From an uncultured Candidatus Binatia bacterium (GTDB lineage: Bacteria > Desulfobacterota > Binatia > UBA9968 > JAJDTQ01), in contig OZ219754.1 of the NCBI GenBank assembly GCA_964291295.2, positions 1,056,001-1,120,000 on the forward strand: a DNA stretch of 64,000 nt. Reading direction: 5' to 3'. The position numbers were made by a program, and so were the translations under genes. The notes beneath the pieces were generated by a model, which saw nothing but the letters and a program-made list of their open reading frames with translations, was not told the DNA's origin and searched no databases. Shown in pieces: positions 1 through 15,821 of this stretch. How positions within the stretch are numbered: the stretch's first letter is position 1; each line of letters begins with the position of its first letter.

Positions 1-1371
1 GCGGCCGCCGGCGAACTCCTGGAGTTTCCCGGCGAAGTTTACGGCATGGCGTTGAACCTTGAGGAGGACAATGTCGGTGCGGCAATCTTCGGCGAGTCCC
101 ACCTCATCAAGGAGGGTGACCGCGTCAACCGCACGGGTCGTATCGTCGAGGTTCCGGTGGGCGACGCCCTGCGCGGCCGTGTCGTGAGTCCCCTGGGGGA
201 GCCCATCGACGGCCGCGGCCCCATCGAGACCACCGAGCGGCGCCGGGTCGAGATCAAGGCCCCGGGCATCGTGCAGCGCCAGCCGGTGACGCAACCGCTG
301 CAGACGGGACTCAAGGCCATCGACTCCATGATCCCCATCGGTCGGGGCCAGCGGGAACTCATCATCGGCGACCGCCAGACCGGCAAGACCGCGGTCTGCC
401 TCGATACCATCATCAATCAGAAAGGCGGCGACGTCACCTGCATCTACGTGGCTGTGGGCCAGAAGCGTTCCACCGTGGCCCAGGTGGTGGACCAGCTCCG
501 GCAGTACGGCGCCATGGACTACACCATCGTGGTGGCCGCCACCGCTTCGGAGTCGGCCCCGCTCCAGTACATCGCGCCGTACAGCGGCTGCACCATGGGC
601 GAGCACATCCGGGACAACGGCGGCCACGCCTTGGCCATCTACGACGACCTGTCGAAGCATGCGGTGGCGTACCGGCAGCTCTCGCTGCTGCTGCGGCGCC
701 CGCCGGGCCGCGAGGCGTTTCCGGGCGACGTCTTCTACCTGCATTCCCGGTTGCTGGAGCGCGCGGCGAAGATGAGCGACGAGCAGGGCGGCGGCTCGCT
801 GACGGCGTTGCCGATCATCGAGACCCAGGCGGGCGATGTCTCGGCCTACATCCCCACCAACGTCATCTCCATCACCGACGGCCAGATATATCTCGAGTCG
901 GACCTCTTCTACTCCGGCGTCCGCCCGGCCATCAACGTCGGCCTGTCGGTTTCCCGCGTTGGCGGCAACGCCCAGATCCGGGCCATGAAGCAGGTCGCCG
1001 GCGGGCTTCGGCTGGACCTTGCCCAGTACCGCGAGATGGCGGCCTTCGCACAGTTCGGATCGGACCTTGACGTGGCAACCCAGCGGCAGATCGCCCGCGG
1101 CAGCCGCCTGGTGGAGATTCTCAAGCAGGGACAGTACCAGCCCATGCCCGTGGAGAAGCAGGTGCTCATCATCCATGCGGGCACCAACGGCTTCGTCGAC
1201 CAGGTGGAACCGGAGAATCTGCGGCGGTACGAGAATGAGTTGTTCGAGTTCGTGGAGTCGCGATATCCGGACCTGCTTCCGGCCATCGTCGAGAAGGGCC
1301 GGATCGACGATGACAACAAGGCGGCGGCGGAGAAGGCGCTGCAGGAGTTCGGTCAAGGGTTCGAAGCGTAG
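1..1371 (+). CDS. atpA: F1F0 ATP synthase subunit alpha (5'-truncated by window edge)
   Basis: Frame open from base 1; GDRQTGKT Walker [22 protein letters not shown]. Confidence 0.99.
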   Translation, partial: AAAGELLEFPGEVYGMALNLEEDNVGAAIFGESHLIKEGDRVNRTGRIVEVPVGDALRGRVVSPLGEPIDGRGPIETTERRRVEIKAPGIVQRQPVTQPLQTGLKAIDSMIPIGRGQRELIIGDRQTGKTAVCLDTIINQKGGDVTCIYVAVGQKRSTVAQVVDQLRQYGAMDYTIVVAATASESAPLQYIAPYSGCTMGEHIRDNGGHALAIYDDLSKHAVAYRQLSLLLRRPPGREAFPGDVFYLHSRLLERAAKMSDEQGGGSLTALPIIETQAGDVSAYIPTNVISITDGQIYLESDLFYSGVRPAINVGLSVSRVGGNAQIRAMKQVAGGLRLDLAQYREMAAFAQFGSDLDVATQRQIARGSRLVEILKQGQYQPMPVEKQVLIIHAGTNGFVDQVEPENLRRYENELFEFVESRYPDLLPAIVEKGRIDDDNKAAAEKALQEFGQGFEA

Positions 1372-3659
<2,288 letters not shown>

Positions 3660-3662
3660 GTC

Positions 3663-4067
3663 ATGGCCATCGCCCTGAAAGTCGTCACCCCGGTCCGGCT
3701 GGTGCTCGACGAGCAGGTGGACGAGTTGACCGCGCCCGGTCCTTTGGGCCAGCTCGGTATCCTGCCCGACCACGCGGCGTTGATGACCACGCTGGACATC
3801 GGACAGCTCCGCTACCGGAAGTCCGGCGCCAACCCCGCCATCACCATCACCGGAGGCTACGCCGAGGTGCTCGCCAACGTCGTCACCGTGCTCGCCAACG
3901 CCGCCGAGTTCCCGGACGAGATTGATGTCGCCCGAGCCGAGAACGCCCGGGTCCGGGCCGAACGCATCCTCGAAGACCGCGCCAACGCTGGCGAGGAGGC
4001 GCTGCTGGCCGCGGAGGCCGCGCTGCGCCGCGCCCTGGTTCGCCTCGAAACCGCCCGACGCAGCTGA
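3663..4067 (+). CDS. atpC: ATP synthase subunit epsilon
   Basis: VVTP, GQLGILPDHA, GGYAEV; last gene of the atp operon. Confidence 0.97.
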   Translation: MAIALKVVTPVRLVLDEQVDELTAPGPLGQLGILPDHAALMTTLDIGQLRYRKSGANPAITITGGYAEVLANVVTVLANAAEFPDEIDVARAENARVRAERILEDRANAGEEALLAAEAALRRALVRLETARRS

Positions 4068-4144
4068 GCGGCCCGCAGCGCGGTCCATGCGGAGCACGGG
4101 CGCCTGCCCGGAAAGGTGGCCGCGGTTTTGCGTAGCCTTCCCGC

Positions 4145-5068
4145 ATGGAAGGACGCACCCCCACATGGCGGCAGACCGAGATGCCTGGATTGACAACAAC
4201 GGCGTCGGACCCGATCCGGACTTCTCCGATTCCGGCAGTGAATGTCGCCGCGGTGCCCCAACGAAGTCCGCTGCGATACCCTGGCGGCAAAACATGGTTG
4301 ATTCCCCACATCCGGCATTGGCTCAAAGGCATCCATCCACGGCCCGCTCTGCTCGTGGAGCCGTTTGCCGGCGGCGGTATCGTTTCCTTGTCAGCAGTGA
4401 TGGAAGGACTGACGGAGCGGTGTATCATGGCCGAACTGGACCATGACGTTGCGGCGTTCTGGCATGCCTCCTTGAACCATGGTGTGAAGCTGTGCGACCG
4501 TGTCGCCACATTCGAGGCTACACGGGAGTCGGTAGATCGACTGTCCCGTAGCTGTCCCCGCGATGTGGTTGAACACGGGTTTCGTACGCTTGTGCTGAAC
4601 CGAACGCGACGCGGCGGCATTCTGGCACAGGGTGCGTCCTTGAATCGCATGGGGGAGAATGGCAAAGGTGTGGCGTCTCGCTGGTACCCGGACACCCTCA
4701 CAAGGCGTTTGCAGGAAATCGCCAACTACGCGGACCGCATCGGGTTCTGTGAAACCGATGGAAACAAGCTGCTGGATTTGCTTCCATCCGGTGGTGATGC
4801 GGTCGTGTTCGTCGACCCGCCCTACACGGCTGGCCGCAAGCGGGCGGGAAAGCGACTCTACGCCTGTCATGAAATGGACCATGACGGACTGTTCCAGCGC
4901 CTTGCGGACAGCGGCATGGATTTTCTGATGACGTACAATCGGGCGCAAGAGATTGAGGCCCTGATTCGAAAGCACGGGTTCCACGCCGTTCAGGTGATGA
5001 TGAAGAACGCGCATCACGCTCGCATACCGGAACTGGTCATTACATCGCGGAAAGTCTTCGTGGAGTGA
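4145..5068 (+). CDS. DNA amino-methyltransferase, Dam/D12-like
   Basis: SPLRYPGGK, EPFAGGG (SAM binding) followed by DPPY; less GC-biased codons than neighbours. Confidence 0.92.
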   Translation: MEGRTPTWRQTEMPGLTTTASDPIRTSPIPAVNVAAVPQRSPLRYPGGKTWLIPHIRHWLKGIHPRPALLVEPFAGGGIVSLSAVMEGLTERCIMAELDHDVAAFWHASLNHGVKLCDRVATFEATRESVDRLSRSCPRDVVEHGFRTLVLNRTRRGGILAQGASLNRMGENGKGVASRWYPDTLTRRLQEIANYADRIGFCETDGNKLLDLLPSGGDAVVFVDPPYTAGRKRAGKRLYACHEMDHDGLFQRLADSGMDFLMTYNRAQEIEALIRKHGFHAVQVMMKNAHHARIPELVITSRKVFVE

Positions 5069-5931
5069 ACCCTCGTCACGGAATCGCGGAATGGTAGGGC
5101 AGGGCCTTTCCTGGTCTTTCCGCGGACGAGCGTTGGCAGCTGGCGGAGTCGTCGCTCCGGCCCATCCAGGTTGCACCACCGTGTCCGTTTCAGAAAACCC
5201 GCCCGCCGTGTCGGAAACGGGGCGGCGTCTGTTCCCTCCAGCGTTACGAGGCGGGTGAAGATGGTCAGATCGGCCTGCCGGCCATCGTGTGCCCGGTCAG
5301 ATTCGAAGCCGGGCAAGTGATCGTCGATTGGCTTGCAGAGATCGTCGGGTTTTCCTCGGGGGAGGCGATGTTGGCGCGAGAAGTGCCGTTCATGCAGAGT
5401 ACCAGCACGGGTAAACCTGCCGGGAAGATCGATCTTGTCGTCGCCAAGACTTCCCGGAGCGCTGTCTCGTGGTACGGTTTGGAGATTCAGGCCGTTTACT
5501 TCTCCGGTCCTTCCATGGAGTCCGGGTTCGAGAGCATCCGAAGCCACGGGAAACCGAAGCCGCCGTTTCCGAGTGCAGTCCGGCGACCGGATTGGCGGTC
5601 TTCGAGTGCGAAGCGCCTGATGCCGCAGTTGCAGATCAAGGTCCCTACGCTTCGGCGTTGGGGGTCGAAGATCGCAGTGGCCGTAGATCGTCCCTTTTTT
5701 GAAGCAATTGGTGGGCCGGGTTCGTCTCCGAACCGCGACCTCAACGACGGTGACGTCATCTGGCTGGTCCCGGAGATGACTCTCGACGACACGGTTCAGT
5801 ATCGGTTCTCCCGAGGGCATTGGGAAGTCCTGACGTTGGAGGAGACGGTCACGAAGTTGCTGGCCGCTTCCACCGTTCCGCGCGAGGCATTCGAACGGGA
5901 GCTTCTGAACAAGCTGGAGCCGCTGGCCTGA
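5065..5931 (+). pseudogene. NotI-family restriction endonuclease interrupted by in-frame TAG at 5095-5097
   Basis: GTG 5065 overlaps the MTase stop; reads MNPRHGIAEW*GR...CPF...CRKRGGVCS...CPVRF (Cys4) then ID...LEIQAVYFSG and RPDWRSSSAKRLMPQL, in frame with ORF 5287..5931. Confidence 0.82.
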
Positions 5932-5961
5932 CGGCTGATGGATCGGGCGGGGCCGGCGTTA

Positions 5962-5991
5962 TTGGCCGGGGACGCGCATTTGGGCTAGGAT
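5962..5991 (+). promoter_or_regulatory. Putative sigma70 promoter of aroC (possibly leaderless)
   Basis: TTGGCC-N18-TAGGAT, 7 nt before ATG 5999; no clear SD. Confidence 0.45.
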
Positions 5992-5998
5992 GTGAACC

Positions 5999-7192
5999 AT
6001 GTTGCGTTATTTCACGGCAGGCGAGTCCCACGGGCCGTGCCTCACCACCATCGTCGAGGGGGTGCCGGCCGGGTTCGACATCAGCATCGACAAGGTCAAT
6101 CACGATCTCTGGCGGCGCCAGCAGGGCTACGGCCGGGGCGGCCGGATGCTCATCGAGAAGGATGAGGTGCAGGTACGGTCCGGGCTCCGGTGGGGCAAGA
6201 CCCTGGGTTCGCCGGTGACCTTCGGCATCGACAACCGCGACTGGAAGAACTGGACGCGGAAGATGTCCCCTTACGCGGAAGACGAGGGCCAGGCCATCCC
6301 GGTCAAGAAGCCTCGTCCGGGCCACGCGGACCTCGCCGGCATCCTCAAGTACGGCCATTCGGATATCCGCAACATCCTCGAGCGCGCCAGCGCCCGGGAG
6401 ACCGTTTCCCGGGTGGCGGTGGGCTCCTTCTGCAAGCAGCTCATCGCGCCCTTCTCGATCACGGTGCGGGGCTACCTCCGCTCCCTCGGCGGCATCGCCG
6501 CGGACGTGGACGGGAAGAGCTACGACGAGATCTTCGAACGGGCCGAGAACTCGCCGGTGCGCATGGCGGACCCGGAAGCCGAGAAGAAGGCCATCGCGCT
6601 GATCGACGAGTGCAAGAAGGAAGGGAACACTTTGGGCGGCGTCTTCGAGGTAGTGGCGACCGGGGTGCCGCCGGGCCTCGGGAGCCATGTGCACTGGGAC
6701 CGGAAGCTGGACGGCCGGCTGGCCCGGGGCCTCATGAGCATCCAGGCCATGAAGGGGGTGGAGATCGGCCGCGGCTTCGACATGGCCATGCGGCGTGGCT
6801 CCGAGGTGCACGACGAGATCTTCTTCGACCCCCGGCACGCCAGTTCCGACCCCCGGCGCATGTACCCCACCGACTTCTACCGCGGCAGCAACAACGCGGG
6901 CGGGCTGGAAGGCGGCATGACCACGGGTGCTCCGCTGGTGGTGAGGGTCGCCATGAAGCCCATTTCCACTCTCATGAGCCCCCTTCAGTCGGTGAATCTC
7001 GAGACCCGGCAGCCCGAGGACGCTTCGGTGGAGCGCTCGGATGTCTGTTCCGCGCCGGCGGCGGCGGTCATCGGCGAGGCCATCGTCTCCTTCGAGTTGG
7101 CGCGGGCGTTCCTGGAAAAGTTCGGGGGCGACTCGCTGGCGGAGATCAACCGCAACTATGACGGTTACCTGGAGCAGATCAAAAGCCTCTGA
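5999..7192 (+). CDS. aroC: Chorismate synthase
   Basis: TAGESHG, PRPGHAD, ERASARET, ERSD. Confidence 0.98.
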   Translation: MLRYFTAGESHGPCLTTIVEGVPAGFDISIDKVNHDLWRRQQGYGRGGRMLIEKDEVQVRSGLRWGKTLGSPVTFGIDNRDWKNWTRKMSPYAEDEGQAIPVKKPRPGHADLAGILKYGHSDIRNILERASARETVSRVAVGSFCKQLIAPFSITVRGYLRSLGGIAADVDGKSYDEIFERAENSPVRMADPEAEKKAIALIDECKKEGNTLGGVFEVVATGVPPGLGSHVHWDRKLDGRLARGLMSIQAMKGVEIGRGFDMAMRRGSEVHDEIFFDPRHASSDPRRMYPTDFYRGSNNAGGLEGGMTTGAPLVVRVAMKPISTLMSPLQSVNLETRQPEDASVERSDVCSAPAAAVIGEAIVSFELARAFLEKFGGDSLAEINRNYDGYLEQIKSL

Positions 7193-7198
7193 GAGCGC

Positions 7199-7717
7199 GT
7201 GACAGCGGTTCACGGAAACATCGCGCTGGCGGGTTTCATGGCCGCCGGCAAGACCGTCGTGGGCCAAAGGCTGGCACGGGTCCTGGGCTGGCCGTTCGTG
7301 GATCTGGACGCCGTCATCGAGGCCGGCGAGGGCCGTTCCATTCGCGAGATCTTCGCCGGCCCCGGAGAAGGATACTTCCGCGAATGCGAGAAGGCGGCCC
7401 TCGGAGAGGTGCTGGCAGGGGCCGGCCAGGTCATTGCCCTGGGCGGCGGCGCGGTGGTGGACCCGGACAATCTGCGGCTGCTCAAGGAGCGCAGCCTGCT
7501 GATCTGGCTCAAGGTGTCGCCGCGGACCGTTCTGAGCCGGCTCGGAACCGCCGGAGACCGCCCCCTGCTGCAGGGACCCGGCCGGCTCGAGCGGATCCGG
7601 GAGCTGTCGGCGCAGCGGGAAGAAGTCTATGCCGAGGCCGCCGTCACCGTGGACACCGACGCGTTGACCGTGGAACAGGTGGTTCAGCGCATCCGTCGGG
7701 AGCTATGCAGACCATAA
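7199..7717 (+). CDS. aroK: Shikimate kinase
   Basis: GFMAAGKT P-loop, DLD, GEGYFR, ALGGG, RPLL. Confidence 0.95.
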   Translation: MTAVHGNIALAGFMAAGKTVVGQRLARVLGWPFVDLDAVIEAGEGRSIREIFAGPGEGYFRECEKAALGEVLAGAGQVIALGGGAVVDPDNLRLLKERSLLIWLKVSPRTVLSRLGTAGDRPLLQGPGRLERIRELSAQREEVYAEAAVTVDTDALTVEQVVQRIRRELCRP

Positions 7718-8790
7718 ACGTTGATCTGGGGCGGCGGTCGTACCCCATAGAGTTGGGCGAGGGGCTCCTTTCCCGCGTGGGCAAGCTCATGAAGGCCCGG
7801 GGAATCGGCGGCCGCATCGCCGTGGTGTCCAACCCGCCGGTGGCGGCCCTCTACGCCGAGGAAGTCCGGGAGTCGCTCCAGGATGCGGGTTACGAGACCG
7901 TGCTGGTGCTGATCCCGGAGGGCGAGGCGCACAAGAACACGGCGTCCCTGGGGTTGATCTACGATGCGCTGGTGGCGCACCGCTTCGACCGCGGCGCCAC
8001 GCTGGTGGCCTTGGGCGGCGGGGTCATCGGCGACGTCACGGGATTCGCCGCCGCCACTTTCCTGCGCGGCATCGGCCATGTCCAGATCCCCACCACCCTG
8101 CTGGCGCAGGTGGACGCCAGCGTGGGCGGCAAGACCGCGGTCAACCACGATGCGGGCAAGAATCTCATCGGTGCCTTCCATCAGCCCCGGCTGGTGGTCA
8201 TCGACATGAAGACCCTGCGGACACTGCCGCGGCGCGAATTCGCCGCCGGGATGGCGGAGGTGATAAAGCACGCCATCATTCGGGACGCCGGGTACTTCGG
8301 GTTTCTGGAAAAGGAGATGGACTCGCTGTTGCGCCTGGCCCCGGGGGTCGTGGAGCAAGCCGTGGCCGTCTCCTGCCGCATCAAGGCGGCGGTGGTGGAG
8401 CGGGACGAGCGGGAGCAGGACCGCCGCGCCATCCTCAACTTCGGCCACACCATCGGCCACGCGCTGGAGGCCTTCACGGGATACGAAAGGTTCCTCCACG
8501 GCGAGGCGGTAGCCATCGGCATGATCCAGGCGGCGGTCCTGTCTGCGGGCCGGGAGCTGCTGAGCGCCGGCGACCTGGAGCGCATCAGGAGGCTGGTGCG
8601 CAGAGCGGGCCTGCCGTGGCAGGTGCCGGACGACGTGGCCCTGGAGGATCTCGTGGCCGGCATGGCGCTGGACAAGAAGTCCCATGCCGGCAAGATCAGG
8701 TTCGTGCTTTGCGAAGGCATCGGCGGGACCCGGTTCCAGTGGTTCTCCGCACACGAGATCGTCCGGGAGCTGGCGTCCGCGCGTTCCTGA
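7705..8790 (+). CDS. aroB: 3-dehydroquinate synthase
   Basis: [34 protein letters not shown]; start at ATG 7705. Confidence 0.97.
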   Translation: MQTINVDLGRRSYPIELGEGLLSRVGKLMKARGIGGRIAVVSNPPVAALYAEEVRESLQDAGYETVLVLIPEGEAHKNTASLGLIYDALVAHRFDRGATLVALGGGVIGDVTGFAAATFLRGIGHVQIPTTLLAQVDASVGGKTAVNHDAGKNLIGAFHQPRLVVIDMKTLRTLPRREFAAGMAEVIKHAIIRDAGYFGFLEKEMDSLLRLAPGVVEQAVAVSCRIKAAVVERDEREQDRRAILNFGHTIGHALEAFTGYERFLHGEAVAIGMIQAAVLSAGRELLSAGDLERIRRLVRRAGLPWQVPDDVALEDLVAGMALDKKSHAGKIRFVLCEGIGGTRFQWFSAHEIVRELASARS

Positions 8791-8854
8791 GCAGTGGCCC
8801 GAAGACCGGCGCCACCATCGGCGGTGCCGGGCGGAGCGGAGTCGAAGGACAACC

Positions 8855-9313
8855 ATGCCCGACATCAGGATCCTGGTCCTCCACGGACCGAATCTGAACC
8901 TTCTTGGCTCCCGGGAGCCGGAGATCTACGGCCGCGGCACCCTGGCGGACATCGACGCCCGGCTGGGCTCCCTGGCCGCGGAGTTGGGGGTGGCCGTGCA
9001 GCCTCGACAGTCCAATCACGAAGGCGAGCTTGTCACCTGGATCCAGCAGGCCGGCGCCGAAGGATTCCACGCGCTGCTCATCAATGCCGGCGCCTACACC
9101 CACACCAGCATCGCGTTGCGGGACGCGCTGGCCGCAAGCGCTCTCCCGGCCGTGGAGGTCCACCTCTCCAACCTCCACAGGCGCGAGGCGTTTCGCAGGA
9201 CCTCCCTGATCGCGGAGGTCGTCGTGGGCCAGGTGGCGGGATTCGGTCCCCACAGCTACCTCCTCGCACTGCGCGCCGCGGCGGCGCTGGCGGCGGCGGA
9301 AGAGACGGGCTGA
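8855..9313 (+). CDS. aroQ: Type II 3-dehydroquinate dehydratase
   Basis: [31 protein letters not shown]. Confidence 0.97.
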   Translation: MPDIRILVLHGPNLNLLGSREPEIYGRGTLADIDARLGSLAAELGVAVQPRQSNHEGELVTWIQQAGAEGFHALLINAGAYTHTSIALRDALAASALPAVEVHLSNLHRREAFRRTSLIAEVVVGQVAGFGPHSYLLALRAAAALAAAEETG

Positions 9314-9353
9314 CAGCGGCAGGCACCGGTGGAGGCATCGGCGCCGGAACATC

Positions 9354-10562
9354 ATGCCTTCTTCCCTCCTGTCGATCCTCGTCCTGGTCACCGCCACCCA
9401 CATCATCGGGGCCTCGGCGCAGTACGGCATCAATACCTTCGCCCCCTTCTATCAGCAGGAGCTCGGCCTGAGCCGCGCCCAGGTGGGGCTTTTTTTCACC
9501 GCCTTCTACATCGGAATGGCCGGGTTCTCGTTTGCCGCGGGATGGTTCAGCGACCGCCTGGGCGTACGCCGGGCGTCGTTCATCGGCCATGTGTTCGCGG
9601 GCACGGCGGTGGTCTTCGCTTCCGCGGCGGGGACTTTCGGCTGGGCCTTCGCCTGTTTTCTCCTGGCCGGCCTGGGCTACAGTTTCCTCAACCCCGCTTC
9701 CACCAAGGGGGTGCTGATGTGGTTCCGGCGCCACCGCGCCACTGCCATGGGCGTCAAGCAGACCGGCGTACCCGCCGGCGGCGTGCTGACGGCGCTGGCG
9801 GGCGCACCCCTGGCGGCGCTCTTCGGGTGGCGCGCCACTCTCGCCGGTCTGGGCGTGATCAACGTGCTGTTCGGTGTGGCGTTCCGGTTTCTCTGGCACG
9901 AGCCGGCGGACGCCGACGGCGGCGGCGGCGTCCGCTCCGGCGCGGCCGGCCGCGCCAGGCTGCGCATCCGGAGCCTGCTGGCCCTGAGCTGCGGCACCGC
10001 GCTGCTGCTCATCGGCCAGATGTCCCTGCTCACCTACCTGCCGCTGTTTCTCAAGGAGAAGCTGGCCTTTTCCACGGTCCACGCCAGTCAGTGGCTGTCC
10101 ATCACCCAGAGCGGCGCCGTGTTCGGCCGCATCGGCTGGGGCACGGTCAGCGACCGTCTCTGCGGCGGCCGGCGCAAGATCGTTCTGGTGTGCATCGGTG
10201 TCATCTCGGTGCTGCTGGCAGCGGCGTTGAGCATCGTGGACCAGGGGGTCTCGCCGTTCGTCCTGGTACCCCTGACCTTCCTCGCGGGGTTCACCATGAT
10301 CGGCTATCAGGGCGTGTCCTATTCCCTCATCAGCGAGATCGCCGGACAGTCGAGGGCCGGAATGGCCCTGGGCCTGATGATCACCATCAACGCCCTGGGG
10401 ACGGTGGCGGGCACGCCCACGTTCGGCTACATCGTCGACGCCACCGGCTCTTACGCCGCGGCGTGGCAGGCGCTGGCGTGCGTGCTGGCGTTGGGAACGG
10501 TCAACATCGCCCTGTTCGTGACGGAGGCCCGCGGCGGCGATGCGGCGCCATCCCGCGGCTGA
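9354..10562 (+). CDS. MFS transporter
   Basis: About 12 hydrophobic segments; motif A GWFSDRLGVRR and repeat GTVSDRLCGGRR. Confidence 0.9.
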   Translation: MPSSLLSILVLVTATHIIGASAQYGINTFAPFYQQELGLSRAQVGLFFTAFYIGMAGFSFAAGWFSDRLGVRRASFIGHVFAGTAVVFASAAGTFGWAFACFLLAGLGYSFLNPASTKGVLMWFRRHRATAMGVKQTGVPAGGVLTALAGAPLAALFGWRATLAGLGVINVLFGVAFRFLWHEPADADGGGGVRSGAAGRARLRIRSLLALSCGTALLLIGQMSLLTYLPLFLKEKLAFSTVHASQWLSITQSGAVFGRIGWGTVSDRLCGGRRKIVLVCIGVISVLLAAALSIVDQGVSPFVLVPLTFLAGFTMIGYQGVSYSLISEIAGQSRAGMALGLMITINALGTVAGTPTFGYIVDATGSYAAAWQALACVLALGTVNIALFVTEARGGDAAPSRG

Positions 10563-10582
10563 CCCCGGGGCCGCCGGTGCGT

Positions 10583-10611
10583 TTGGCTTGATGGCCGGCG
10601 GATGCTATCAT
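10583..10611 (+). promoter_or_regulatory. Putative sigma70 promoter of gyrB
   Basis: TTGGCT-N17-TATCAT with extended -10 TG. Confidence 0.45.
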
Positions 10612-10662
10612 TTGTCAGGCGCGGTGTTCTGCCGAGCCACTCCGTGATACCGGAATCCGTGA

Positions 10663-13185
<2,523 letters not shown>

Positions 13186-13288
13186 ACCGTTACCCTCGTG
13201 TCGAACATGAAACGACAGGCGCCGGTGCCGCGGGCCTCCTCCCTGCCGGCGTCGTGCCGCACGCAGTTCTTCGGTTGAGCCTGCCGCC

Positions 13289-15724
13289 ATGGAACCCGGA
13301 ACGAGACAGCAGAAAGTCCCCGTCTATATCGAGGACGAGATGCGCCAGTCCTACGTGGACTACGCCATGAGCGTCATCGTGGGGCGGGCGCTGCCCGACG
13401 TGCGGGACGGATTGAAGCCGGTGCACCGGCGGGTGCTCTTCGCCATGCACGACATGGGCAACCACTGGAACCACGCCTACCGCAAGTCCGCCCGGGTCGT
13501 GGGCGACGTCATCGGCAAATACCACCCCCACGGCGACGCCGCCGCCTACGACGCCATCGTCCGTCTCGCCCAGGACTTCTCCATGCGCTACTGCCTGGTG
13601 GACGGCCAGGGCAACTTCGGCTCCATCGACGGTGACCCGCCGGCTGCCATGCGCTACACGGAAATCCGCATGGCGCGCATCGCGCAGGAACTGCTTGCCG
13701 ACATCGACAAGGAGACCGTTGACTTCCTGCCCAACTACGACGACTCCCTGGAGGAGCCGTCGGTGCTGCCGTCGCGCCTGCCCAACCTGCTCATCAACGG
13801 CGCGTCGGGCATTGCCGTGGGCATGGCCACCAATATCCCGCCGCACAACCTGGGAGAGGTCATCGACGGTCTCATCGCACTGGTGGAGCGGCCCGGGCTG
13901 ACCATCGACGAGTTGATGGAGTACATTCCCGGCCCCGACTTTCCCACCGGGGGGTTCATTCACGGCCGTGACGGTATTCGCCAAGGCTACAAGACCGGGC
14001 GCGGCAGCGTGCAGATGCGCGCGCGAATCTCCACCGAAACCGTCAAGCGTACGGGCAAGGAGCAGATCATCGTCTCCGAGATCCCGTACATGGTGAACAA
14101 GACCCGGCTGCTGGAGCAGATCGCCAGCCTGGTCAACGACAAGAAGATCGACGGGATCGCTGACTTGCGGGACGAGTCCGATCGCGACGGTATGCGCATC
14201 GTGGTCGAGCCCAAGCGCGATGCGGTGCCGCAGATCGTCATCAACGCCCTCTACAAGCACACGAGCCTTCAGGAATCCTTCGGCGTCAACATGCTGGCCA
14301 TCATCGAGGGCCGACCCAAGCTCCTGAACCTGAAGGAGATTCTTCATGCCTTCCTCGATCACCGCCGGGAAACCGTCACCCGGCGGACGGTCTACGACCT
14401 GAGGAAGGCCGAGGAGCGGCTGCACATCCTCGAAGGGCTCAGGATCGCCCTCGACAACCTCGACGCGGTCATCACCCTGATCCGCGAATCGTCGGACCCG
14501 CGCTCCGCCCGGGAAGGCCTGATGGCCCGCTTCGGCCTTTCCGACGCTCAGGCCCAGGCGATCCTGGAGATGCGCCTGCAACGGCTTACCGGTCTGGAGC
14601 GCGACAAGATCATCGACGAGTACCGGGCCACCGCGGCCACCATAGCCGAACTGCGGGGGATTCTGGCCGACGAGCGAAAGGTGTTCGGCATCATCGTCGA
14701 GGAGCTTCGGGCTGTCAGGGAGGCTTACGGCGACGGGCGCCGCACCGCCATCGTGGACAAGGCCGAGGAGATATCCATCGAGGACCTGATCGTGGAGGAG
14801 GACATGGTGGTGACCTTGTCCCACGAGGGGTACATCAAGCGCAATCCGATCACGCTGTACCGCGCGCAGCGCCGCGGCGGCAAGGGCAAGATCGGCACCA
14901 CCACCAAGGAAGAGGATTTCGTCGAATATCTGTTCGTCGCATCCACCCACTCCCACATCCTGTTCTTCACCACCATCGGCAAGGTCTACCGTATCAAGGT
15001 CCACGAGCTGCCTCAGGGCGGCCGCGCCGCCAGGGGCCGGCCCGTTGTGAATCTGTTGCAGCTTCAGGACGGCGAGAAGGTGTCGGCGTTCCTGCCCGTA
15101 CGGGAGTTCCAGCAGGGCCGCTACGTGATCTTCGCGACCCAGAACGGGCTGGTCAAGAAGACCGCCCTGATGGCCTATTCGAGTCCCCGGGCCACCGGCA
15201 TCCGCGCCATCGCGCTGGACGAGCGCGACTCGCTGATCGCGGTCCGCCTCACCGACGGCGATCAGGATATCCTGCTGTCAACCATGGACGGCCAGTCCAT
15301 CCGCTTCAAGGAGGGTCAGGTGCGCGCCACCGGCCGCGACACCATGGGGGTCATCGGGATCCGGCTGGAAGAAAACGACCAAGTGGTAAGCATGGAGGTG
15401 CTGCGCCCCGGCGCATCGATCCTCACGGCCTCCGACAAGGGCATGGGCAAGCGCACCGGCATCAACGAGTACCGGCTGCAAGGGCGCGGCGGGCGGGGCC
15501 TCATCACCATGAAGACCACCGAGCGGACCGGTCGCGTGGTGGGCGTGCAGCAGGTGGTGGACGAGGACCAGTTGATGCTGATCACCGACGGCGGCAAGAT
15601 CATTCGGCTCCGGATCGGCGACCTCCGCGTCATCGGCAGAAACACCCAGGGCGTCCGCCTCATCGATCTCGACAACGGCGAGCGGGTGGTCTCCCTGACC
15701 CGGTTGGCCGAAGACGACAATTAG
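13289..15724 (+). CDS. gyrA: DNA gyrase subunit A
   Basis: HPHGD, AAMRYTE catalytic Tyr, GyrA-box QRRGGKG. Confidence 0.99.
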   Translation: MEPGTRQQKVPVYIEDEMRQSYVDYAMSVIVGRALPDVRDGLKPVHRRVLFAMHDMGNHWNHAYRKSARVVGDVIGKYHPHGDAAAYDAIVRLAQDFSMRYCLVDGQGNFGSIDGDPPAAMRYTEIRMARIAQELLADIDKETVDFLPNYDDSLEEPSVLPSRLPNLLINGASGIAVGMATNIPPHNLGEVIDGLIALVERPGLTIDELMEYIPGPDFPTGGFIHGRDGIRQGYKTGRGSVQMRARISTETVKRTGKEQIIVSEIPYMVNKTRLLEQIASLVNDKKIDGIADLRDESDRDGMRIVVEPKRDAVPQIVINALYKHTSLQESFGVNMLAIIEGRPKLLNLKEILHAFLDHRRETVTRRTVYDLRKAEERLHILEGLRIALDNLDAVITLIRESSDPRSAREGLMARFGLSDAQAQAILEMRLQRLTGLERDKIIDEYRATAATIAELRGILADERKVFGIIVEELRAVREAYGDGRRTAIVDKAEEISIEDLIVEEDMVVTLSHEGYIKRNPITLYRAQRRGGKGKIGTTTKEEDFVEYLFVASTHSHILFFTTIGKVYRIKVHELPQGGRAARGRPVVNLLQLQDGEKVSAFLPVREFQQGRYVIFATQNGLVKKTALMAYSSPRATGIRAIALDERDSLIAVRLTDGDQDILLSTMDGQSIRFKEGQVRATGRDTMGVIGIRLEENDQVVSMEVLRPGASILTASDKGMGKRTGINEYRLQGRGGRGLITMKTTERTGRVVGVQQVVDEDQLMLITDGGKIIRLRIGDLRVIGRNTQGVRLIDLDNGERVVSLTRLAEDDN

Positions 15725-15821
15725 CGGCGTGCGCCGCGGAAAATGCCGCAAGTTCCTGTTGGCGGTATTGAAGAACGGGAACCGATGGACGATTCACTGT
15801 TTGAATCTCTAGAATGTCCTT

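Noticed and set aside
1-8. Window begins with a NotI site (GCGGCCGC) near a NotI-like gene
   Set aside because: The site is in frame inside atpA and recurs elsewhere in this GC-rich DNA; the homolog's specificity is unknown.
5095-5097. TAG recoding (pyrrolysine or alternative code) in the NotI-like gene
   Set aside because: TAG is the normal stop of atpA, atpD, gyrB, gyrA and groEL in this window; no recoding machinery seen.
4068-5998. Repeat-family ends or target duplication around the first R-M cassette
   Set aside because: Only a weak GCCGCGGTTTTG similarity near 4119; no matching right end found.
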